A DNA stretch of 63,061 nt, the filler included, from Octopus bimaculoides (taxonomy: Eukaryota): the NCBI RefSeq assembly GCF_001194135.2. It is 6 parts of 6 records of this genome, joined end to end, with 100 filler letters (N's around TTAATTAATTAA, not from the genome) between each part and the next. Parts side by side here need not be neighbours in the genome. Positions count along the whole stretch, not along the records: positions 4,368 to 26,908 come from NC_068983.1; 5 more parts are not named here. The stretch is one strand, 5' to 3'. This document shows, one piece after another, positions 11,591 to 22,596 of the stretch. Every line of letters starts with the position of its first letter. Position 1 is the first letter of the stretch. A model generated the notes under the pieces. It worked only from the letters and a program-made list of their open reading frames with translations, made no database searches and was not told the DNA's origin. The position numbers and the translations under genes were made by a program.

Positions 11591-13061
11591 ATCAGCATAT
11601 GTCTCATTTGACTGTTGTGAAACTATAAGTGCGTTTTTCTTTGTTTGTTTTTTTCAAAAGAGGCACTTTAACTTAAAGTACTTTGTGGTTCGTTTTGACG
11701 CTGTAGCAGTTTTTATCCTTTTTTTTCCCCAATAGAATCATACTCAGTGACAATGCCATGAGCAATAATAGAATATATCCACGTGAATTAANNNNNNNNN
11801 NCCCCCCCCCAAATGTTGGGGCTTGTCCCTAGAGTAGAAAAGGATATATCAGCATATGTCTCATTTGACTGTTGTGAAACTATAAGTGCGTTTTTCTTTG
11901 TTTGTTTTTTTCAAAAGAGGCACTTTAACTTAAAGTACTTTGTGGTTCGTTTTGACGCTGTAGCAGTTTTTATCCTTTTTTTTCCCCAATAGAATCATAC
12001 TCAGTGACAATGCCATGAGCAATAATAGAATATATCCACGTGAATTAAACAAGGTATTTGGCTGTTAGCTGCAGAAATGTACATAAGTGCTTGATCTATA
12101 TATTGAATACATCATCGATCAGTTAACAAAATCTACTCACAGAAATTGTTTTACTCCAGCTTTTAGGAAGATTTTTACACTGTATCATTTACGTTTGTTT
12201 TGTTTTCCTGCAAGTAACACGCAGTGCGTGATAGCATGAATATGTATTCTCGAATGTTTCTACACATTTTATTATTTAATTGCACCAGAATTAATTGAAA
12301 CAACATGATAAATGTAACTATCTTTGATTAAAGTGTAGTCTCCTTAATGTAATGTATCCGGTATAAAAAAAATACACAAAGACACCACCTGTGGTGTTAA
12401 TACCTATCGGCTATACACCTGTAATGAAAACACTTAAAACATTAGCATAGGATTTATTTATTCATTTATTTATTATTCTTCATTTACTTATTTCAATATT
12501 TTGTTGTTAGGATATAAATGATCAAAGTCAATTAGAGCCTCAAGTATGGATATTGCGATTCGGATCATATAATCAATTGTTGCAAATTAAATATATTCAC
12601 ACATCTGAATATTTTAGAATATTAATATTTAAAAATTTCTTACATATAACTTACCAAGTGGAGACGGAAAACATTGGCAACTAGTGGATTTAGAAATGCA
12701 TTCAAATAAATTTCTTTTGTCATTCTCTTACATTTACGCTCCTATTTGTTGGCCTAACATACAGTTGCCCCAAATAAACCATGCATCTCGATTCACTGAG
12801 AATTTTAGTGTGCAATAAAATTATATTTATCCATCTGATGATGTATGAGGGCCTATGGTATTTCGAGATTTCAAGCAGTTTCAGATGGTATTACATTTTT
12901 GTGAAGAATGAAGTGCACTTATACGTGATAGCGCATTACTATTATGCCTTCGTTGGTTAACGTAAATAAAGATTGTGAAATACAACTCACAGTAATGGAA
13001 AGTTGTAAACATTTTGAGAAAAATTTATTTAAGATCGTACATTGTGAGAAAGAGGACTCCT

Positions 13062-13466
13062 TTACTCTTTTAGTGTTTCAGTCAATTGACTGTAGCCATG
13101 CTGGAACACAACCTTTAGTCGAGCAAATCACCACCAGGACTGATTCTTTGTTAGCCGAGTACTTATTCTATCGGTCTTTTTCTGAACCGCTAAGCTACAT
13201 TTCTCAAAATGTATGATCTTAAATAAATTAAACACAACAGCATCGGTTGTCAAGCGATGTTGGTGGGACAAACACAGATATACAAACATATACACACACA
13301 TATAAATATATATATACATATATACGACGGGCTTCTTTCAGTTTCCTTCTACCAAATCCACTCACAAGAATTTGGTTAGCCCGAGGCTATAGTAGAGGAC
13401 ACGCAGTAGGACTGAACCCTGAACCATGTAATTCGCAAGCAAGCTACTTACCACACAGCCACTCCT
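13062..13466 (-). mobile_element. Full-length family A SINE
   Basis: Reverse complement of the 3016-3455 copy including the internal (TA/CA) tract. Confidence 0.88.
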
Positions 13467-14559
13467 ACAACTATACACCATTTGAGTCTGCATCTGTATC
13501 AGCAGGCACAAATATATTTTCGTTAAAATTTTCAATGGCGAAACAACCTATGGGTTGTACAGCAACAGGTTTTGTATATGAGTTGACTAGCTCTGACCGG
13601 CGTCATAATTAAATGCTTTCATTTTTATTCGGTTCTATATTTGTGTGTTATTTTTCCGGTCGGAAGCTGTCACACAGCATTAAAAATTCTGTATTTAGGT
13701 TTTAGTCATTATGTTTTTTAAATCGATTTAATCCACCTCGCTCAAATCATTAATTAGTTTTATTACATTATGTTAGAAATGTTTCCGATATTGTCTAGAG
13801 AGGGTTTCCCCATTCTTGACTAATAATTAATTTTATATTAGTATGGTTAAATCATAATCTCACTAATAACAATTTACATTCCTGTTGACTCTGGTATGAC
13901 ATGAAAGATAACCCTTATTGAAATTGTGAGGCGGTAGGGTGAAATCGCGATGTCGAAGCCCTTACGACGTCTTTCCTTAAAAATAATGTTAATATTATAC
14001 ATATTACTAAAGGTGCCTCAAACGATCAGTGATACAAGGGCGGAATGTGGGGGACACATTACGATTTCTACTATGTGAAAATAATCCAAATAAAAAGCTT
14101 AAATGTAAGCAGAAATGGATTGCATTTGAAATATGTTTACACGGTGAATGGTTACCGGTTAGAGCAAGGGCTTGTGATGCTAAACCGGAGTACGCAAAAT
14201 CCGGTCAATCGTATTGGATGCAGAAGGGGAAATTTGGAAATAAGATAAAATTTGAAGATAGAATGAGGAAATGAGTTCGTATGATGTAATATCAGGCAGA
14301 TCTGTGCGGTTGTTCTAAAGCAGCTAAACTTCACTCTCGGTCGAAGACGGAGAGTAAAGCAAAAAGCCGTTAAATCTGAAATGCATGTGGTAGTAAGTGC
14401 AGAAGACGTCTGGTTTAGTTAATCTACGTTACGAAAATACAGTTATGTGCCAGGCTCGCGCATTGATATCTTGAAAAATGTCAATTCTACTGAAGGTGAA
14501 CCAGTGTATGCTCAGTAACGTGAGGTGCAGAATGGTTGAATTGATGAGGAAGGATGCCA

Positions 14560-14928
14560 AGTAAGAAAAAGGAAACAAACATGCTGGATCCTAGATATAG
14601 CATGCCCAGCTGAAAGCAAGGTTTACGATAAGGAAGAGAGAAAAGTCGAGAGATATGGCTGGTTAGCTAGGGAATTTAAGCACAGGTGGTCGATGAAAAA
14701 GGTAGCAGTATTACCAATAATTGTCGGAAACTCTGGGTACTGTGAGCAAAAATCTCGCGAAGTACGTGGAAGAAATAAGGGCTGCAATAATGGTGGAGCA
14801 CTTGCAGAAAACAGCACAGCTTGGAACCACTAGAATACTCCGGAAAGTGCTCGAAAAATAAGAGGTGTTGTCTTAGTTCACTGGTAGTGAACAACTGACA
14901 TCCCCAGCGTAAGAAGCTGAGCAAAGGC
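14560..14928 (+). mobile_element. 5'-truncated RLE-type LINE (endonuclease C-terminus plus 3' UTR)
   Basis: WILDIACPAESKVYDKEERKVERYGWLAREF...VAVLPIIVG / LGTVSKNLAKYVEEI...LQKTAQLGTTRILRKVLEK*. Confidence 0.9.
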
Positions 14929-15047
14929 AAGAAGAAGAAGAAGAAGAAGAAGAAGAAGAAGAAGAAGAAGAAGAAGAAGAAGAAGAAGAAGAAGAAGAAG
15001 AAGAAGAAGAAGAAGAAGAAGAAGAAGAAGAAGAAGAAGAAGAAGAA
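14929..15047. repeat. (GAA)n microsatellite, tail of the preceding LINE
   Basis: Perfect GAA run of about 39 units. Confidence 0.98.
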
Positions 15048-15599
15048 TGAGAGATTTCCTTACTGAACAACAACATGGATGTGCTACACCGTGCTCTCCA
15101 TACAAACACAAATCTAATCTAATAACACCAGAGAAATGGGATAAAGGAACCTGTGGAAGTCTTGAAGGAAGGGGGCTTTTAACGAAAGTACTAACAAAAA
15201 CGTAATTCTACTGCCATATAAAAATCAGTTTCTCCTATGCCCGATGACAAATTGAAATATGTGCGAAACACAAACGCGAAACCAACATCAGAAGTTTACA
15301 AATTATAGAATATAATTGGAACAAAACAATAGCACGTAAATTGATTAATTACGCATACACTCGAATGTCTACACAATGATATAGACATTTTAATACCCAT
15401 ACGACTACACATACATCCCAATGTTTACACAATTACTTGAAATTTACAAGACACACATACACGCATATGAAAGCACGTGTCACAAAGGAAGCAAAAAAAG
15501 AATAACAAAACATTTTTTCCGAACTAACACGGAGATAAATCCGTCAACAACAAAAATCACAGACGAATAGAGATCTGTAAGACTCTTGAGGCTACGTTA

Positions 15600-16831
15600 C
15601 GAGCAATGTTTTCATTCAGAGAACTTGGTGGCGGTGTTGTCTCAAACAATTAACCCTGAACAGACATAGCCGTTCTTAATGTCAACATCAAAGCTCCTCA
15701 GACTCTAATGATAACAATGCAAAATATAAACCGAATACCCGTCATCCGGTTCAACAAGTGCCGCGCACCCCAGTCAGGAATCAGACTGGATACGAAAAAT
15801 CAACTACTGTTTCAAATCTTCCCGAAACACAGGTACCCAACAACCGAAATATTCCAAACACGGCCATCCGCTCGTCATCACATTAACAAAAGAAAAAGAA
15901 GGAAAAATGGTCAAGGGGTGATAAAAAAGAGGTTCTTAAGGCCGTCTATCATGCCATGTATCTACCCACAAATAAATCTAATACTAAACATATCTACCTA
16001 TACTGGAGACAGAAACATCTTGAAGTAAGAACCTACATAGACAGTAACAAACTTGCCAACGTCAAATGAAACATTATGAAAAAGAAATTACTAACTGAAT
16101 TAGAGATTGACCAAATTATATATGTCAGTAAGGCATAAATAGAACGAAATTACATCTAAAGAAGATACTCCAGAGGAAATAATTTCAGACCAGCCCAGGT
16201 GTGATGAAAATGTAGTAATGATAGAAAGACTTAATGTAACTAATAAGCAAACTGAAATACTCTGAACCAACCATAAACACGAAGGCAGATAATAATGAAA
16301 TCGATGAAGAAAGTAAGACAGAAATTGACCCAACAAAACTACATGATTTAAACAATCAAATCATGACAAAAAGGTAGATGCGAATAGGCCAGACATTATA
16401 TTGAAAGAATTCAGACAAAGGTCATGCCTCCTCATTGATATGACTGTCCCAATCGACATAAACGCATTTGTCAAGACCTACGAAAAACTGAGCAAGTTTA
16501 AAGATCTTGAAATAGAAATTCACAAAATGTGGAACCAGAAGAGTAAAGCAATACCTGTTGTCATAGGTGCCCTAGAAATGATAGCAAAAGGGGCTGATTC
16601 CTACCTAGCTCAGTTATCAGGAAACCCCAAAATGGAAGAAATTTAAAAGATAGTGCTCATGGAAACTGCCAATATCTTACGTAAAATACTGTCTATGTAA
16701 TTTCAAACTTTAAAACTAACTTCAAATTTTCTTATGATTTCTTAAACATTTTCTGGAATAATACTGTGTGCAAAACCAATTATATGATACCCTAGGCAAA
16801 AGCCCAACTTGATCTTCTAACTTGCTGTCTC
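15600..16831 (+). mobile_element. Internally deleted R4-like LINE: ORF N-terminus fused to the RLE domain, RT missing
   Basis: N-terminal motif KWSRGDKKEVLKAVYHAMY...YWRQKH...SNKLANVK*NIMKKKLLTELEIDQI (~15905-16120), then at ~16370 KVDANRPDIILKEFRQRSCLLIDMTVP...EKLSKFKDLEIEIHKMW...IPVVIGAL...ILRKILSM*. Confidence 0.85.
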
Positions 16832-17538
16832 NNNNNNNNNNNNNNNNNNNNNNNNNNNNNNNNNNNNNNNNNNNNNNNNNNNNNNNNNNNNNNNNNNNNN
16901 NNNNNNNNNNNNNNNNNNNNNNNNNNNNNNNNNNNNNNNNNNNNNNNNNNNNNNNNNNNNNNNNNNNNNNNNNNNNNNNNNNNNNNNNNNNNNNNNNNNN
17001 NNNNNNNNNNNNNNNNNNNNNNNNNNNNNNNNNNNNNNNNNNNNNNNNNNNNNNNNNNNNNNNNNNNNNNNNNNNNNNNNNNNNNNNNNNNNNNNNNNNN
17101 NNNNNNNNNNNNNNNNNNNNNNNNNNNNNNNNNNNNNNNNNNNNNNNNNNNNNNNNNNNNNNNNNNNNNNNNNNNNNNNNNNNNNNNNNNNNNNNNNNNN
17201 NNNNNNNNNNNNNNNNNNNNNNNNNNNNNNNNNNNNNNNNNNNNNNNNNNNNNNNNNNNNNNNNNNNNNNNNNNNNNNNNNNNNNNNNNNNNNNNNNNNN
17301 NNNNNNNNNNNNNNNNNNNNNNNNNNNNNNNNNNNNNNNNNNNNNNNNNNNNNNNNNNNNNNNNNNNNNNNNNNNNNNNNNNNNNNNNNNNNNNNNNNNN
17401 NNNNNNNNNNNNNNNNNNNNNNNNNNNNNNNNNNNNNNNNNNNNNNNNNNNNNNNNNNNNNNNNNNNNNNNNNNNNNNNNNNNNNNNNNNNNNNNNNNNA
17501 TGATCACTTATTAGCTCTAAGCTTATAAAATATTGTTA

Positions 17539-17609
<71 letters not shown>

Positions 17610-17640
17610 TTTGTTGTCGTTGGTGTTGTTGTTATTATTT
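17539..17640. repeat. (ATT)n microsatellite
   Basis: Perfect ATT run grading into GTT. Confidence 0.95.
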
Positions 17641-17966
17641 TTACCTCCATGTATATATAGAGACAGGCAGACAAACAGAGACAGGGACACAGAGAGTAAA
17701 TTATATTTATTTCAATTACTTTAGTTCATGTCGTCCAGTATAAAATAAAGAATCGTTTTCGGCTGTCTACAGACGTAGCAGAACTAATCGAACTATTTTG
17801 GTCTTAGGGAAAAAATAAGACATCTAGTTTTCACGGCTTTCACACGTGTTGCTCCAGACGATTTAATTGCAATGGAACGATATTCTAATCACAAAGCAGG
17901 AGGTTGTTTAGTTGTTCAATATAAATTTTAGATTAATTTTTTTTCGTTGTAAAAAAAGCGAAGTCA

Positions 17967-18420
17967 TTAATATGGTGGATTAATATTGTGATGTATTATT
18001 TTGGTGAATAACATCATATTGATACAATGACGTTTATGACGATGGCGACGGCAGTAAAGATAGCGATGAAGAAAAATAATAATTAAGAGAACAAAGACGA
18101 CGATGAAGAAAGCGACGTCGTGGTCGGCCACGACAACGGATACATCAATGGCAACGATAGTGATGATGATGGTGATGATGCTGCTGTTGATGGTGGCTGT
18201 GGTGGTGATGGTGGTGCTGGTGGTAATGATGTTGATGATGATTATAATTGTCACCGAGAAAACTGTGGTACCGGTAAATATGACCATACCGATGACGATG
18301 TTGCTGTCACTGCCGTGACAGCGTCTGCTGCTCCTGTTGCTGCCACCGTATTTGCTACTGCTCTTCATTCTGCCCATAATAAAGTTGATGATGATGATCA
18401 CGTGATGACGATGATGGTCA
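17967..18420. repeat. Long cryptic trinucleotide tract (GAT/GGT/GAC/GCT)
   Basis: Period-3 degenerate repeats open in several frames on both strands. Confidence 0.8.
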
Positions 18421-20889
18421 TAACGAGCAGTATATAACTAAGAACCTAACGTGCCAGGAAGACGGTAATGGAAAGGATTTACAGCGTTTATAGAACTTTT
18501 CCTTTCTTTTCCCCAACACAATGCCAGAATTCTGAGAATATGCATCGCTTTTGAGTCGATAATCTTTAGGTATACACAAGCAGTGGGTAGGCAAAAATTG
18601 GATTTGAAATAACATTTTGTTCTGTGATGTTTATCTACTTGTTAAACATTATTTTGTTTACACTATCTGATTTTCCCATTAAGTCATAGTTATTCGGTGT
18701 TAGTAGGCAGCCAAAATAAACAGCTTTGATTCTCATTTTACTCCCAGAATCCTTCAGGCAGTTTTGGCTTTCATTCCGACGCGTTTTAATTCTTTCCAAT
18801 ATATTTTCCCTCTACACTCCTTGTAGTTTACATTTCCGTTTTGTACTCATTTAAAATAAAAAGAAACGTGCCGTTTAATCTTATTTTTTCACCAAAATTA
18901 ACATTAATGTTTCCTCTATTGATTGAATGTATACAGGTAATTTTATCGTGTTTAATATTTTTTTTCCAATACGAAACAGTTTCCAACTTTTGAGCTTCTA
19001 TTTACCTAATCCCAGCGTGATTAAATTGCAGTAGGTATATCTTGATATTAGATACAAACGTCACAGTGTGCGCCTGATATTAGAGACGATTTAATTAAGT
19101 GAAGTGTTTTCAATTAACAAATACTTAGTATGTCATTAAACGATCTCCAAGCCGTGATAATACCTCGATTTTGCAGGCTTGTATGATAATGTTCTTAACC
19201 AGTAGCTAACATTATTCTGATAGCTCATGTTGTGTAGCAATTGTAAGATTAATCTTAATATAGCTTGCTATTGAGGTTTCTCTAGCAAAGTGTAAGCGTG
19301 ATATTTGTCTGCAAACTTTGACGAAACGCCTTTGTGGTGGATGGCAGTAAAACGTCTGGTGGACAAACGCATTCCTCGTTAGCCGAGTTCGAGCTGAATT
19401 TTTAAAATTTCATTTCAAAAGAAAGATGTGAATGGCGACGGAAGTGCAGCTACCAAACAAATTAGTTGGAAGCTAGATGAAAGCAGAGCGCATGGTCTCA
19501 ATGAACGTTTTACTGAGCATACTCATGTAGATTAGAGAACTAAAGAGGACACTTGCTTTGGAGGTCAGAGTGACTATTGTTTTATGTGGTTCCTCAGAAA
19601 TTGTAAGTAAACTCACAATTTTCCAGATATTTTAGAATTGAAATTGGCGCAAATATTCGTTTAAATCTCTGCTGTCGTTGTCATGATCAGTATAGAAACT
19701 GGAAACCAATTTGTTCCTTATCGCTATTGTTGTCATCTTTGAGATGTTTAACTTTGGTGGGGGCTTTGTTTCATAACGTCTTAAGTTTCCTTAGTGTTTT
19801 TTTAATTGAGTTGGGTTTAATATGTAATGAATTCAATAGTTTATTGTATTAGCTGAACGGGTTGTTCACGTTGTACTAGTTGAGGTTTGTTATTTTATAC
19901 TCAGCAATTATGTTGGATGTAGTTCGTGTTATTTCACATATTTTTATATTATCCAGTTTCTATTTTTTAATATTGTTGTGTACTGTTGCACTATGGTAAT
20001 ACCATTTATATCGTACAACTTATTTAGTATTTAGTTGATATTTAATGCGTTGGAATAGTGTAGGCTATGTTTTGCTTGTTAAATATAAGATAATTGCATA
20101 GAGTGTGATTTGCTATTATATTGAGAGGAGATTTATTTGCGAGATGTGATTAGCTCTGCTATTGACTGGACTATTTGTCGAATTGTCGAGGAATAGGAAT
20201 GATGAGATAAGGGAAATCCGTTATCAGCCATTCAATGTCTCAAATACACCAGTACCATTAGGGCTCAGGCTGACATTACGAGTAACTCGACGAACACATC
20301 AGCAACTGCACCAGCTGCAAGAATAGGTACACCTATCGCATAAAGAACAGTAAACCTCTTTACATGAGCAATTGACATAATAACGATAAAGAAAAATTAA
20401 AACAAACAAAAAAATAGAACAGGTATGATAACAATTATAATTTCACGTTTTATATTTCATTTAATAACAAGGAAAAAGTTGCGGACATACTAGTAAGGTG
20501 GACATCAAATCATTTTCTATTCCGGAAAGGGAAATATAGATCGCTTTCTTTTAAATAAAATGGAAGGACTGTACAGAGTCACTAGGAAAGCGCTCTAAGC
20601 TCTAATTTAGCGGGATTAGTAGCAATTACAAATCGAATGTGTTTGAGGCGCACCGTAGATATGAGTGATGAAATCTGCCGAATGAATTAATGATACCAAA
20701 CGTAAATAACGATGCATGTTACAACATGTTACGATGCAAAATATAACAACGCAAGAGTAGAATATATTAGTTACCGTGAACTTATGAGTGAGTAGACTCA
20801 GGGCGAAATACTGAGCGACTTTTGATCACCAAATTTTGATCATCGAAGTTGTTCTGGATTACTCATGTTTGAAACCAATTTTTATACAG

Positions 20890-20940
20890 ACCTGAATCAT
20901 GTGGAAGGCAATGGAATTTGTGATGGATTTAGATTTACAT
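20890..20940 (+). CDS. Candidate 51-bp exon (xLNHVEGNGICDGFRFT, or MWKAMEFVMDLDLH in another frame)
   Basis: TTTTATACAG| acceptor, |GTAAGC donor, length divisible by 3, inside the repeat-free island. Confidence 0.3.
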
Positions 20941-22527
20941 GTAAGCAAAATTTTATCGTATCAATTTATTCTGCTGCCTATCTTCTAGATAATTTAAACA
21001 GTTATCAGTGAAGCCGGTGGTCATTTATTATATGACAATAGCTGATATTATTGTTTCTGTCCAAGAGAACGTGCTGAACCCGGAATCATCCTGCGTTGTT
21101 CATGTTTAAACTCACTTTAGAATAAATGCATGTTTTTAGACATGAAGAAGAGAGTGGTGTTGATGCAGGAGACGGTTCACTTTCCCTGTATACGTTTTCA
21201 GCCAAATCAGATCAGATTTACTATGAATTGCCATAGAGCTTAAATATTACAAGTACAGTACGTAACGCGAAATTGCCCCCGTTGATAGACAGTTGATATT
21301 TTCCTAAAATTTCATCATTTATTATTTCCTATAAAACAATTATATTAACTTGGATAGTATATTTTGTATTTCTTTGTAAATAAAGGCACACGTACATATA
21401 TTATCACTCCCTTTTTTCTTCTTTTTTTTACCTGTGCATGCTCTAATTTTCTCTCATTTTGTAAAAAATTGTTTCAACATATCATAAGTTATTTATGAAA
21501 ACATTTTGGTAAAAGATCTCGTATTTTAATACAAGGAAGAATCTTAAGTTGAATATATACGCAAATTTCAATTTCAGTTATAGATATTGGATTGAATATA
21601 GTCTTATCAATATATAACAGCGTATTATGCGATTGCATTTCTATTTCGTGGCTTATAATGAAATAATCATCAACACGTCTTCGGAGAACCAATTCTTTAT
21701 TTCAAAAATATTGTGATTTGAAACTCCAAACAGTTCACATTAAAATTTATAGCGTGCTGTAACTGGAAATAAATATTATAATCGATGCTATGCATTTGAG
21801 AATAAAATATACGTTCGAAGTTTTGGCAATATAGTTTTCTAAATCATGAACATTTATGCGTTATGATACACTATATTATCTGTATTTTATGTTTATTTAA
21901 TCTTCTCTGTTGCGTTTCATATTTCATACGTTATATTAGCATGTCTCTCCGCCCTACCCCTACGTTTTATTTTGTAATGTAAATATAGAAGTAGTTTTAT
22001 GTATGCAAAACGTTATGTACAATAGTTAGAAACGATTCAAAACATAATTCAGTATCACATGGTAAAAGAAACACGAAACGAAAGAAAGAAATTTAAAGGA
22101 AATTATTTAGAAGCATTGTAAGCCATCCATTTTGTTTGTATCTCATACGAAACAATACAAAAACCTATTGTGAAGAAATGCGAACGTTTATTCTTGGTAG
22201 TGACATGAGTGCAAGTGAATTAACTTCACACTTATAGAAAATACATCCTAATTATAGCTTAGCTGGTGCCGAATAAACTGCTCGAGGTCAGGATCATAAC
22301 CTAAAATAATAATTTCTAGCATATAACCCAGAAAATCAAATTAAAATTGGGAATTGGTGTATATATCGATTCCAGCATTTAGCGGCTATTATTTCTTCTG
22401 GACACAGGGAAAATAACAAGGATCATAGACCACAGCGTAATTTTCCACATAAAAATAAAGAGCTATAACCATATTTCGCTTGCATTTTGTCCGGAGTGCT
22501 AGCAACTCGTCTTATCCACGTAGTTAC

Positions 22528-22596
22528 CTGCTCTTAATTCTTCGCAGCAATAGCCAATACGGCGCGCATTGAAATCCAGTTTATTAGATTCAAATA
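22528..22596 (-). CDS. Candidate 69-bp symmetric phase-1 exon (xFESNKLDFNARRIGYCCEELRA)
   Basis: Minus acceptor CATTTAACGCAG| and donor CAG|GTAACT; open frame; locally CpG-rich. Confidence 0.3.

Noticed and set aside
11540-12050. ~240-bp tandem duplication
   Set aside because: Near-identical copies separated by a 10-N gap next to a poly-C run; assembly overlap artefact.
14029-14334. Overlapping 60-80 aa ORFs in unique sequence
   Set aside because: No recognisable motif or splice architecture; lengths compatible with chance.
17967-18437. Asp/Gly-rich ORF MVGHDNGYINGNDSDDDG... resembling an acidic matrix protein
   Set aside because: Cryptic trinucleotide tract open in several frames on both strands, like those at 6400, 29350 and 34740; no convincing splice signals.
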